NCBI GenBank assembly: GCA_965649765.1
Contig: OZ287751.1
Location: 8,680,001 to 8,744,000 of the forward strand
Reading direction: 5' to 3'
Source of the DNA: Bispira polyomma
Lineage: Eukaryota
Length of the DNA: 64,000 nt
Under the pieces are notes generated by a model that made no database searches, was not told where the DNA came from, and worked only from the letters and a program-made list of their open reading frames with translations. Each line of letters opens with the position of its first letter. The stretch's first letter is position 1. Positions 36,690 through 48,987 of the stretch are shown one piece after another. A program made the translations under genes and the position numbers.

Positions 36690-37300
36690 TTAAGTTATGG
36701 TCACCCTAACAGTTTAAGTTTACTTAATAAATTTACAAACTTAAAATGACTTAAGGTCACCTTAAATTAACCATTTTACTTTAATTAAAGTTATGTTAAG
36801 TTTAAACTTAAGTTAAACTTTTCTACATAGAGGTGGAGTGACTTAAGGTCACCTTAGTGAAAGGTTGAATACTGAGTTTAAGTTAATGTTAAAGTTACCT
36901 TAAACGGTTCAATATAGGGTTACCTTACAGTAAGCCTTTACAGTTAGAGTTTATACTACAACTTTAAATATGTAATATATCTTCATAAATATAAGGTTAC
37001 ACATAAATATAGAAGTTACTAAGAAAAATGCCAATGATAATCAATAACAAGGTAAAGAGACAAGTTAAAAGAAACTTAGAAAACAATTTTTAAAAGAGAG
37101 AGTTTTTACGTAAATCTAGCATGTAAATCAATGTAAATCAACAATTGTCAATAAGATAACGGTACTCATGTTACTGGCAGAGTTACATATATAGACTAAA
37201 ATAAATTAAAACAACAGCTTTGTTACTTTAGTAAAACCTGACCTCAGAGACTCGACACTACGTCCCCACTTAACCCTAACATAAATAGCTCACTAACTAC
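36690..37300. mobile_element. probable non-coding remnant related to the DIRS 3' region
   Basis: Cluster of the same TAAGGTCACCTTA/GGTTACCTT palindromic motifs that follow the YR at 16.97-17.06 kb. Confidence 0.4.
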
Positions 37301-38189
37301 ATATGAGGTTTTCATATCATAAGGCAACTGCCACTGTCCATAGCTCTTTTTACTTTTGAATATGATTTAGATATGAACGTTCCAGGTTATTTGACGCTAC
37401 ACACTTCATGAGTGGCACATACGACACCAGTCGTTGTCAGTAGCGTCAGTCTCTCTGTCTTTAGTCTCTTTTGTACCAGTTTTCCCTCAAAAATACACAA
37501 AAACAAAACATGTTTGAGATATAAGTAACATACCTTACACATATTTATTCATTATGGTACCATCTACACAAAGGGAGAGGAGGGTGGGCTCTAAAAGCTC
37601 CTCTTTCAGCAAACACTTTTTGACAACTGAGATGGAGGGCCCCACTTGAAGTTTCCCGCCCTTTTCTGACACTTGGACTCAACCAAAGATGGCCCATTGT
37701 TGACCCTGCAGTGAAAAATGGGGGGTTAGGCTTAAATAATTAGGATGGGCCAGCCACTTCGGACTGACCTCAAGTGCTGCCGCCCCTTGTCCACCTATAT
37801 GTAATTCTAAAATAGTAGGCTGTGCAACGTCCGTGAACACGTATTTAATGCACAGTAGGTTATTTACGTTCTTCCATTAATCTTCCTTGACCCCCTTCCA
37901 TATTTAAAGTTAAATATCTTAGCCATTTCTCAACGGATTTTTATTCAACAAAAAGTTATCGCAATATAATAAGCTTTCTCACAAAATGTTTATAAACTGT
38001 TAAACCTACAGTAAATTCTGAGCTTTTAATAAATATACGGCATTACCATGGCTACGGCACCCTTCACCATGTAAAAGGTGAAAGGGAGCAGCGCCCCTTG
38101 CCGCCAGACGCTACAGGGTGGGTTAACACTCAGTATGGTTGCTTTCTCATTAACCAAGCTGTTAACCCCCATACCCTTATGACCTTACT

Positions 38190-38290
38190 ATGCCCATGGA
38201 CTTCACGATTAGAACAATGATTCTGCTGCTGTGCTTTAGAAGATGCCTGGCATCAATAAAGCGTGTTAAAATACATAATAATAGTAATAA
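38190..38290 (+). mobile_element. L2 3'-UTR tail fragment
   Basis: CTGCTGTGCTTTAGAAGATGCCTGGCATCAATAAAGCGTGTTAAA matches the LINE tails at 10790 and 29530. Confidence 0.65.
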
Positions 38291-38904
38291 ATTTATTTTT
38301 TGTCTTTTCTAATGGTTTTTGTTTTTCCAACTCAGTTGTCCTATATGTTTACATGGGTACCTGGTTTATATGATGGAACAGCCACAACATGGAACCGCCC
38401 ACGTAGTAGCAACACGTTTATAGGTATCATGGGGTCATTTGAATATTAAATAATGGTTTATCATTTTAGAATTGGAATAAATACTTAATCTCGTGTTTTA
38501 TGCACATTTTAAATGGTCTTTGTGGTTGAATTATTCCACTCTGCCCTATAGTCTTGGTGCATTACACCCACCCCATCAATCGTTTAAGATGCACATAAAA
38601 CACTTGTTTGTAATTTTTATTCCTATATTAACAAAGACCATTTGGAAGTTGTTAATTATTGAAGACGTCTTTACCAGCAGGCTTAACCTCACTCATATCA
38701 CACACCAACAAACTCCCTCGATTGTTCTTATTACATGCTTGGTACTGTGACTTTAGTGAATAATTATATCTATCTAGTATACTTAATATATAATATACAT
38801 AATGGAACACTAAAACTCAAACTGAAGTGAGCAACAAATAAAACAAGTAAAACTTGATGTCTGGACAAACCACAACCCCTCCTCCCTTTGGGAACACACA
38901 CTGG

Positions 38905-39434
38905 TGACGTCACACTATCAGATCTGGTAGGATGTGTTATTAGTGTCTGCCCGTGGGCTGATAAATGAGTTTGTTGGCCCTCCCCCGGGATAGTGGAGAG
39001 GGGGGGGGGAGGGCACAGCATTAGGGAGACTCGGGAATCACTTATTGATGTGTCTACACACCACTGGCTTAAGAAGAAAAAATATGGGTGGAAATTAACT
39101 GAGATTAAGTCTTAACTTAAAGTAACTCATATTAAAGTTAATATATAGTAGAGCATAAATAAATCAAATGTGAATAATGTGTTAAAATGCTATTCTGGAA
39201 AGGATGGACTCTTCTTCGTAATGTAATATCATTTAGTAAAAACAAGGTAAGTATTTGATATATTTTGAGTTTAAAACCAAACTACTCATTGTGGGAGACG
39301 ATATGACCAATCACGTGACCTAAGATGTACAGATACATCTTGTGGAAGGTCTTATAAATCTAATTGTCCTCTGGTATTAACCAGCTTTACTTTTAGCTTA
39401 TTGCAGGTTGTTGTGAAATCACTGTCTTTCTGAG
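38905..39434 (+). promoter_or_regulatory. candidate promoter and non-coding 5' exons (possibly of the innexin)
   Basis: Full CRE TGACGTCA at 38905-38912 and a G-rich tract. Donor AAG|GTAAGT at 39247. Micro-exon 39407-39434 flanked by TTATTGCAG| and GAG|GTATGT. Confidence 0.35.
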
Positions 39435-40896
39435 GTATGTAAACAGCATCTTTACATCTGTTGATTTTAAACCCAAAATACAGCAAAAGCTCATGGCAGT
39501 AGTTTAAAGTCTTCACTGATGTTTTTTTTTATTAATTGAAAATAAATCCACTAGTTCCGAATTAAAAATATGAACTATAAGCTTTATCTTGAGTGATTGC
39601 TAATCATATGATGGTTAGGTGACTTACTTAGAGGTTGCAATATTTACTTTTATAGGTGATTTTTGGTGTAAGATATTTGAACATATGATGACAATATGGC
39701 TGACTTTAATATTGCAGACTTTTACTTGCATGCGTCAGTATGTTTTAACTGTTTAAGTAAGTACCATATCAGACAACAAAACAAACTAATTACACTTACA
39801 ATTAGTGCAGCCACACACTTACAAAACTCAAAAAAGCTCTCAAATCATGTGATTTCCAATCTCAATCTCCTTTTACCAAGAGAAAATTAACTTTAGAAAA
39901 TTTACCATCTGTAAATAAATCATCTATATTTAACTATAATTTACTCAAAAGATCCCTGATCCCTGTGTGGTGTTTTATAATTTAATTATGAGATGACACA
40001 AACAGACAGTCAAAAATTGTATTTTTTATTCCATAGAAACAATTAACATCATGTTAGGTGCATAATATACGTCTGTACTTTCAGTAAGCACCTTTTGTTC
40101 AATGTCATCATCATGAGTCATTCAAGCTCAGTGTTAATATTTCCCACTCTGTCATCCTGTTTTTTTTTTTATATTTTTACACCTGTTGTAAAAAAACACA
40201 CAGGTATTGTCTTTTTTTTCTTTATATATCCTGAGTATTTACAATAGCTCAAATATACAGCCACCTCCTACATAATTAAAATATCACAGAAACACTAATC
40301 TACAAGCATGATGTAATACTGTGACTATCTTCTCTTTAAGTAAACTTAATTCAGGCTTAACTCTCAAATCACTTGTCTTTTTAAGGTAGAGAATTTTACC
40401 TATGTGTAACATATAGAACGCCATATCTGAAAAGAATAATAGTGTTTTGTAAAGTTATGACAAAATGAATGGTTTGGTGTGTGTACATACAAGTACTGTT
40501 TCTACAAACATCAGATATTCCACATAGCAGGTATTCATTTTTAGTGAAGTTTTTATGTAAGTTTAAGCTCAGGTGTATTTTAGTGTGTGACAGAGTTAAT
40601 CACATCTCTCAATAAACTCACTACTTGTGTAAGGGGAGCATTATTAAAAGTTCTCATTATCCGCCAGCCGCCATCCCACTCTTACCAGACATTCGTCATC
40701 TATATCGGCTTACAGCATCCATTTTAACTGGAAATCTGTAAAAGAAGTATAGATTGTTTTCTATTGATAAACTGTTTTTTTAAAGCATATACTTTACAAC
40801 AAGTAGATATTTTTTTTACTTAGTATGACTAAGCATTTTAATTAAAATATGACATTGTTGGAGTGAGTAGCTTTGAAAATAACCATAGAATTAGAT

Positions 40897-41098
40897 TTTT
40901 TGTTTGGGTTTTACCGCACTTTCAAAAGCTTAGAATATATCAGGACACCCAGATTTAATGTTGGGGGGGAAACCGGAACTGAAGCATTGTAAACCATTGG
41001 CCTATGACAAGTACCTAACAAACGTTCCCACATGAAGAAACAAATGGGATTTGAACCCACATTGGTAAGAGGCCAGTGATCATGGAGTGAACGACTGG
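40897..41098 (-). mobile_element. tRNA-derived SINE family B
   Basis: Reverse complement matches the 30077 copy (CACTGGCCTCTTACCAATGTGGGTTCAAATCCC...ATGTGGGAACGTTTGTTAGGTACTTG). Confidence 0.7.
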
Positions 41099-41252
41099 GG
41101 GCGAATAGCCTCTGGCAATAACTGTAGAGCAATATATTTAGCTTATTGCAAAATCTAAGAGGATATGGTATGTATTCGCAAACAGTCCTAGATTTAGACA
41201 TTATTAAGGTTTTAGCCAATCACATAAGAAACAGTGGTCTACTGTTGGCTAC

Positions 41253-41500
41253 TGGTAACCAAGTTAATACGGTGATCAGGAAGTCTCCGGTTCGACTCTG
41301 GGTAACATAATAATGGTGGTGGGGGGTTGGATAACACACTTAGACAAGATGTGAACACTCCATTGCTGCTCACTAAGGACGACCAGGTGGCAATGTAGTA
41401 TATAGGATCATAATTAAAGACATATTGATTTTGATGTTTGTACTTTAAAAACGCCTGGCATCAGTTAAAAGGTATGTTAAAAATCCACAATACAATACAA
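41253..41500 (+). mobile_element. SINE with L2-derived 3' tail
   Basis: B-box-like GGTTCGACTC and CTTAGACAAG...CATTGCT core. The tail TGTACTTTAAAAACGCCTGGCATC...CAATACAATACAA resembles the local L2 3' end. Confidence 0.55.
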
Positions 41501-42336
41501 ATATGGAAATGACTTTATTCAATACCAGACCAGGGTATAATAACAACCCTCTTATCTAACTCTTTACAGTGATGTTGTATGCAGACAGCCAATTTAGTCA
41601 CAATTAGTAAATAATAAACCTCAACCTTAAAACCCTGCTCATCTCATGGGGGTGGGGGGTGGGGGGGGGAGCATGTCATCATAAAACAGCAAAAAGCAGC
41701 CATAAAGTACGGGTGTGTTAAGTCCGCATGTCAAACCGCTGTTTGGTGTTGGACAGCTTTACACGGACATAAATCCCTGTGTGCATTGCATAGGAGCAGA
41801 AAGCATGGTGACAAGGTATGACAGACCTGATTGTGTTGGGTGGGGCTTTAGGGGTAATATCTAGGGTATATTTCCTATAATATAAAAAGGAGGGGTGAGG
41901 GGGGGTTACAGGATATGTCACATGGTTGTTTTCACCCCCCACATCCCATCACGTCAAGTTTTTTTATATACTGTGTGACTCTTAGCAAAAGGCAATATAG
42001 TAACAGAGGTTAAAAGCACTGAGCTGGATATTTATGAATAACTAAGGAAGGTGTGTTTAAAGCATTGGACCACAAAGTATGAGTAAATAGGGTGTAAAAT
42101 GGTGCCCAAGAACCCAGAATCACTCAAGTTGCTAACTCATTAACACCCCTCACGATATGTGTACACATTTTTTTATGGCTCTCATATCTCTTCAATGATG
42201 CACAAGTAGATTTACTTTGCACTGTAACATAGTGGGCCACACACTCATTTAGGGAATGTGTATGGCACTTAGAATAGCAGTCGTCTGTAATTGAGTACTA
42301 TACCCAGTGGCAGGCTAAAGAAATTTTGATAAAAGT

Positions 42337-42641
42337 CAGGGGCGTAGCTACCATTAACGCCAGTACGCCCAGGCGTACCAATTTAATGACCAAAAAAAAA
42401 TTTACAGAAAATTTAAACTTCCTTTTATTCTGTTTGTTTTAGTAGTAACATACATACATAGATTCCTGTTGTTAAATGAAAAAATTTTGGTACCCCCCCC
42501 AATTAAACCAAAACATTACCTTGATGCCCCCCCTCCCCCCCCCCCCCCCCCTCCGAATTGAATTTTTAGTAGGACAAAAAAGAACATAATATATTGGTTT
42601 AATTTGGGAGTACCAGATGAAAAATCCTGGCTACTCCCCTG
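42337..42641. mobile_element. non-autonomous TIR element (MITE)
   Basis: TIR CAGGGGCGTAGC / GCTACTCCCCTG, with AAAGT directly repeated on both flanks (42332-42336 and 42642-42646). Confidence 0.7.
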
Positions 42642-42904
42642 AAAGTCCTCAGAACGCCTCCATCTTAAGTTAGAGGAATGACAGTTAATGGTGTCAGTTG
42701 GCTTTATCTAGATACTCAAGAAAATATTTCCCACCCCTGCCATCATAAGGGTCATCGAGTTGGTAGTAAATTTGCCAAAGGCTCGATGTAATATGACAAA
42801 AGACATGTTGTAAATGACACTAAACATAAACTGAGTGAAAAACCAAATATGTTAGATTATCAATCACCCCCATTTATCTCATGTTCTATTGGAGTCATAC
42901 CTTG

Positions 42905-43075
42905 TCATTCTATCTGCATCAAAATTGCAAATACTTCACTTTCAGAAGGGATACTTCCACAAATGTCAAAACTAGCACAAGTGATCATATTACTTAAAAA
43001 AAATCCCACTGTGGATAACAATTTTTTTTAAAAACTTTTGACTTGTGTGAAACCTTAATTTGATTTTAAAAGACA
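42905..43075 (+). mobile_element. L2/CR1 LINE RT fragment
   Basis: IANTSLSEGILPQMSKLAQVIILLKKNPTVDNNFF*...NLNLI resembles the IIN.SL.SG.FP..LK.A.V.PLLKK...NYRPVSNL motif. Confidence 0.65.
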
Positions 43076-43384
43076 ATGGTTGTAACCCTAAAGCTTTGAA
43101 TTTGGATCGTAAGCTCTCCCAGTCAGTATATGTCCACAATCGTTTACTTTTTATTTGTGGTAAAATACTTTTCAAAATAGACACCTGGCTCATTGAGCTC
43201 AGTTATTACGCCACATAGAAGTATCAGTCACTATTTATGTCTTGAAGATGATACTGAATACTGTGGTGTATGAAACAATGTTATTTGCTAAAACTTGAAG
43301 AATGTGTTAATCTAGGACACTCTTAGATTTTACATAAGGCTAAATATATTGCTCGGATTATCGTCAGGTGGTCATGTACATCAC

Positions 43385-43630
43385 TCTACACAAGCAGCAG
43401 CTTCCACACAATCTTCTACACAACTTCTACACAAACTTCTACACAATCTTCTACACAACTTCTACACAAACTTCTATACAACTCATACACAATCTTCTAC
43501 ACAATCTTCTACACAACTTCTACACAATGTTCTACACAACTCCGACACAGTCTTCTACACAATCTTCTATACTACTTCTACACAACTTCTACACAACTTC
43601 TACACAATCTTCTACACAACCTTCCAACTT
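43385..43630. repeat. 11-12-bp tandem repeat (TCTACACAA(T)CT)n
   Basis: About 20 slightly variable copies of TTCTACACAAC/TTCTACACAATC. Confidence 0.9.
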
Positions 43631-43714
43631 CTATGTTCTGTCTTTGTATATATCAGTACATGTGGTTTCTATAAGATGGTTGTTATTGCCACTGATCCTT
43701 TATGTGATAGTCAC

Positions 43715-43971
43715 TTGAATTTTGAAATTGAATTAGGATATTTAACGTCCACTCTAGTACCTGTTTAGGTTATATGGGGATGGGTAGTTGGAAACGCTGG
43801 AGGATGCCTATGTGGGAAAGGTGGTAGTTCCTTATAGTGGGCCGCTGGTTTCAGTGCAGAACTTTGATCAACTGTATGCAGTGTTTCCTCCAGTGTTTCC
43901 AACTACCCTTCCCAATATAACTTAAACAGGTACTAGAGTGGACGTTAAATATCCAAATTCAAAAAAAAAAA
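43715..43971. mobile_element. two 5'-truncated family A SINEs fused head-to-head
   Basis: 43715-43804 is the reverse complement of the SINE 3' end. 43803-43971 is a forward copy ending in A11. The two share GA at the junction. Confidence 0.85.
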
Positions 43972-43972
43972 T

Positions 43973-44390
43973 TCCCCCATTCCCACTTTGTATCCCGTTT
44001 TGCCTCTGTTTTAGCCCCATTTAGCCCTGTTTATGCCCAGTTTATGCAACGTTTTCTCTAGTTCTCCCCAGTTCTGGCAAGATCACACACGTTCAAAGCA
44101 GTTTAAACACCCGTTTATCCTTGTTTATGCCCCGTTCAAGCCGTTCTCTCAAGATATGCTTTTAGAGCCGTTCACGCACGGTAATTTTTACCAGGTTCAA
44201 AATTTCTGGCTGTAGCTCCCGTTCTTGCCATTCGCCCAAGTTTGCCCAAGTTTAAACGGTTTAAGCCTAGTTCTCACATGTTCTCCAAGTTCTAACATGT
44301 TCTCAGAACGGGGCCAGAAGGAGAACGAGAATGTGAATAGGCTGAACCCCACTTTACACCAAATTACTCCAGTTTCCGGCTCTGCCTCCC

Positions 44391-44423
<33 letters not shown>
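43973..44423. repeat. unclassified repeat (probable DNA transposon end) next to (TA)n
   Basis: Pyrimidine-rich, with recurrent GCCC(C/G)(A/G)TTT/GCCCAAGTTT motifs unlike the flanks. Ends in a (TA)n tract at ~44393-44423. Confidence 0.35.
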
Positions 44424-44425
<2 letters not shown>

Positions 44426-45554
44426 ATAGAAAAAATTAATGCAACATTTACATGTACTCATGTTTATTTTAAGACACATTTGCGAGAGAATTACACACAA
44501 AAAACCAAAACCAAAACAAAACAAAATGTGAACACAAGGGGAAAAAGCACCTTCCTAAATGAATGCTAATTCTGTAAAACAATCGTGCTGAAACAGGACC
44601 AATTCACAGAGAAAACACATGTAATATTCTCACCTGTCAACTGTACATGTACACACACACACACACACACAGTGTCACCACACAGCACTCACACACATAC
44701 TCACCCACTGAGAGAGAGCACAGTCTTTATTGATTTGCTCACAATAAGGGGAGGAGAAGAGGTGACAGTCACTCAATAGATCCCATTCTCTGTGACTTCA
44801 GAGGTTCAACTTAAACTCACAGACTGGAGACATTTTAAAAGTAGAAAAATAAAGGGAAATAATATTAAATAAAACACACGTTACTACTCATATGAGAGGA
44901 AGAGAATATGTATATCTCTATGGTAGCTGGTGAGTAGATTTCCCATCAATTGACGTCATCAAGAAGAAAATCTGACCAAAAAAGGAAGTTTCTTGATTAG
45001 TGTATGTGTAATTGTCGTTGAAAGTTTACCAGTATCTCAGTAGTGAACAAGGGAATTACTGTATATATGGAAATCAGTGATGAGCTGGTTTGTTTTTTTT
45101 TGCTAATGAGTTGGGGAAAGTCAAACTTAATTCCCAGTTGAAAATTTAACTTCTTGTATTGATATTGTTTAACTAAACTGAAACAGCCAATAGTAAAACC
45201 TAATTCTAGTGATGTTGTTAGTGAAATTAGTTTCAGATGAAATTTCCACCGATACAGAATCACCCTTGTGTCAGTGAGTGAAAATTGCTGAATACTGAGG
45301 TGAAAGGAGGGGTGGGTGGGTAAAAATGGGGGTAGGGTGAGGTAAAGGTAGTGAATTTGCTTGCACCTGGAAGAGGGGGGGAGGAGGGGGGTCAGATATT
45401 TACCCTCTATTGGTAACACCCCCCCCCTCTACACACACACATGCACACACAAACTTGGCCTATCCAACATGCAAATGATTGTTTATAATTTTTCCTATGA
45501 ATTCTTTTGAATAAAATGGTAAGTAAATAAAAGGCAGTTTGGAGTAACTTTTTA

Positions 45555-45785
45555 GTTTTAGTTTATTTTCGGGATTTTTAACATCGCTTTTAGGGCAGGA
45601 GGTAGTTGCTCTCATGGTTTAGGTGATTCCATGGTCTATGACTCCGCTAGCTACCAACCTTCAGCAAGTGTACTGCAAACGTTCCCACTTATTTATTTAT
45701 ATGTGCCGGGGATGCTCTAGATTCAAACCCATGGCTGCAGAGATAGGAGACGAGCATTGTTACCACTACACGACTGAGGTGCCCT
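45555..45785 (-). mobile_element. tRNA-derived SINE, degenerate
   Basis: Minus strand GGCACCTCAGTCGTGTAGTGGTA...GGGTTTGAATCT...GTGGGAACGTTTGCAGTACACTTG...GCGATGTTAAAAATCC. Confidence 0.6.
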
Positions 45786-46980
45786 CCTTTTAGTCTTCTG
45801 ATTGTAAGGTCTCATTACAAAAAAAACGTAGTGGCTGTCCCTGCTAATGCCTTGTTTTCTCCTGTATTTGTGTGAGTGTGTGTGTTATGGGCAGGTTATT
45901 GATGAAAGTCGGCCATACTTCATTAGACCACCACCCCTCTCTTGCCCCCCTCTACCCCTCCTCTCCTCCTTTACTCCAATGTGAGGGGTGCATGTGAGTT
46001 GACAAGAATATAGGGTGCCAGTGAGTGTGTGCTTTCAAGACAGGGGGGTGCACAGTTAGAGCTGTGGGGTTTTTGTTATTATTTTGACCACCATTTGGGT
46101 GTAATGCAAATGCACAAAGCGAATAGAATATATGGATATAAAAACTGTGTTTGCTGCAGTTTTATTTGAACTTTAATAGCAGGATAGTATATATATATGT
46201 TTTAAACAGGTTGTGGATTTTTTTACTTAATAACAATACTTTTAAGGAGTGCCTTCAATGGGGAGTGAATTTTTACAAATTGTATTTTTTTAAGTATTTA
46301 TTTTAGTTAAAGGTGTGGCATCAGTGAGGCTTTAAAATAGAACAGCTTTTGTCTATCATTAAAGACCAAAGTATTAGTTAAATTTATAGACGACTATATT
46401 TGTCGGCAAAACAATTGGATTTTTTATTCTCTATTTTTTTTTGTGTCAGCTGGATTCTATTGTGTGGTTATAGTGTATTGACATTTCTTTTCATCAGTGA
46501 GTACTTAATGGCAAGATATAAAAGAAGAAACAAAAAATAGAACAGAAGCATAAAAAAAATCCATGAAAGACAATAATATATAAAGGGAACATGTGTTTAT
46601 GTTTGTGTTTGTCACAATTCAAATGGATGCTGGAGAGTAAATATTTGACCTCGTTCTAACGGATCCTTGATGTTTTAGCAATTGTATTTCTGTTCCTAAG
46701 CAAATGGATATATTATCACAAGCTAATAAAAAAAATAGAACAACTGCCTTTCTTCAAGGGGTTTTAGTCTTGTATTGATATTTCTCTTGCACAGATCAGA
46801 ACAACAATTAACTTATTAAATACAAATGCAGGGAAAGGTCTTTAAATGAATAGTACTTAGTTGACATTGCCCTTCTCTGTTGCAAATGTGGGTATTTTAA
46901 GTAAATAATTATTATTCTACGTACTTTAGGGCAATTTTTTAGAAGGTATAGTGCATCTCTGTTTTTTTTTAAATCTATAA

Positions 46981-47014
46981 TTCTCTTTTCGTTTTTTTTT
47001 TTTTTTTTTTGCAG
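46981..47014 (+). promoter_or_regulatory. strong 3' splice acceptor upstream of the innexin ATG
   Basis: TTCTCTTTTCG(T)19GCAG| at 47014. An alternative weaker acceptor CTAAC...CTTTTAG| lies at 48669. Confidence 0.5.
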
Positions 47015-48793
47015 ACTGCCGGAAGTTTTGCCTGGAAGATAAACAGCCCAGGACAGGACTAAAAGCTACTGGGAAAAGAACCTATCCGTTGGCTTGGAAC
47101 CCAGAATTGCTGTAGCCACCACCCTGGATATAATTCAGTGACATATTACAAACATTTATGTAAAGCCAGATCCGAAGAATAAATCTCTGGTGTATGCATT
47201 ATGTATAGCCGGGAAGGGCAATTCGTACATTGCACCGAAACATAGTAGGGGTGGTAGATAATATTTGCTTCTTTTTGGCCCCCCTGTGGATATATTTTTT
47301 CGATCTTTTTTTAAGAAGATTTTATTTATATATATACTATCAATATTGAATCTCCTGTCAATTCCTAAATAAGTTAAATTAGATATTATAAAGATCCTGG
47401 AAATTACACAGGGTTCAATTGGTGCAGATAGATATACAAAAGGGGTTAAAAGTAAAACCAAAACTATTGAACACGTACAGACGTGCCTGAGAGGTATATC
47501 TAATTGTGTGTATGTAGCTTTGTATACACACTACTACTATACCACTACTGTCCCTGGATCAATACTCAATGGATTAGACCGAGGGGGGAGAAGATGGACA
47601 GATGGAACAAATGACAGCAGCAAGACAACCAATAACGACAATACACTACATCAATCAGCCCTCAGGGGGTGTGGGTGACGAATGGATAGAATATAATAAG
47701 GGAAGGTGTGTGCTAGTTGGGTGCTATTGAAAGGTTGCTAATTAGTGAGGAGTCCTTCCCATTACTTTCACTGCCACCCTTCCTCTCCCATTTGGTTCAG
47801 TTTTCTTGCTCTAATAATACTTCTAGCATATCTGGTGTGTGTGTGTGTGTCATTTAGATAGAATTGGCACCAGAGCACACATATAAGCTAGTGGGGAGGG
47901 AAGGAAGACACACCGGGGGGAGAAATGGAGGCTGTTACACCGAGATTGTATACACCCTCAATAATAATAGCCTTACTACCAAATTTCAGCTGTCGTGGAT
48001 CTATAAATATATGTACATGGAGTGGTATATACAAGTATTGCTTGTGAGATTTGTTTCTGAAGCAAGATTAATGATGTGTCAAACAGACCTCATCAATTAA
48101 TGCAGGGGGGACTTATATAACTAATGCATAATAACGACAAGAGGGCATTATATATATCCGCACCACCATCACAGCTATATGGGGAGGTTAATCACTAGTA
48201 ATTAAGTACAATATGTGGATTATAGCATCTGAATATTGGCGGCTGGATATTGGACAGAAACAGAGGGAGTCACCCCATAAACAAGCTAGGAAGCATTCTT
48301 AGGATCTACATTCGGTTGTGGGTCTGTATAGTTGATAAAACAAAAAAAAAAATGGTCAATGTATAGTTATTTGGGGAATATATAGATATATATAAAATGT
48401 GTTAACACCAAAAACAAAATGAATATTGTATCTTGCTTTACTGCCAAGTGAGGATTAAGGCAGCATAAAAAGAGAGATAGGAAAGACTGTATGGGATAAA
48501 TTAAAAAGGAAAAAGTTAGTGACACCTGGTTAATATATATGTACACATAGACAGAAAAAGAGGGGGCCTCTCTTATGTTGCATAACATCTACTAGATAGA
48601 TCAGTCATCCTGTTTTTTAAATTTTTGAATACGTGTCATCACCATCCTAGCTAACCGGACTACTTTTAGGAGTAGTAATACTACAACTAGAAATACTGCT
48701 ACTACTTCTACAAGTTCTACTAATACAAACATCACTGCTACTACAGCTACTGATAGCAGTGCTATTGCTACTACAACCTGCGACTAACTCAGC

Positions 48794-48987
48794 ATGGATA
48801 GGCTGTTCAAGTCGATCCTGAGTATTCGGGAGATCAAGTTTAAGTCGGATGATGACTACGTGGACCGACTGAGTAGACAGTACACTGTGGTCATCCTCAT
48901 CTGCTTCTCCTTCCTAGTGTCCACCAAACAGTTTGTGGGCAAGCCCATTTCCTGCTGGTGTCCAGCACAGTTCACAGAGAGTCACAG
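48794..48987 (+). CDS. inx: innexin (gap-junction protein), first coding exon
   Basis: MDRLFKSILSIREIKFKSDDDYVDRLSRQYTVVILICFSFLVSTKQFVGKPISCWCPAQFTESH(R) contains DDD.VDRL, TM1 and the KQ.VG.PI.CWCPA.F innexin signature. In-frame TAA 9 nt before the ATG. Phase-2 donor AG|GTAGGT at 48988. Confidence 0.95.

Noticed and set aside
37781-38100. CGCCCCTTG direct repeat as a split direct repeat of a YR retroelement
   Set aside because: A 9-bp match only, with no counterpart found at the 5' end of the DIRS copy.
43349-43768. ORFs of 139 and 116 aa rich in T/Q/H/N
   Set aside because: They arise from the 11-12-bp tandem repeat.
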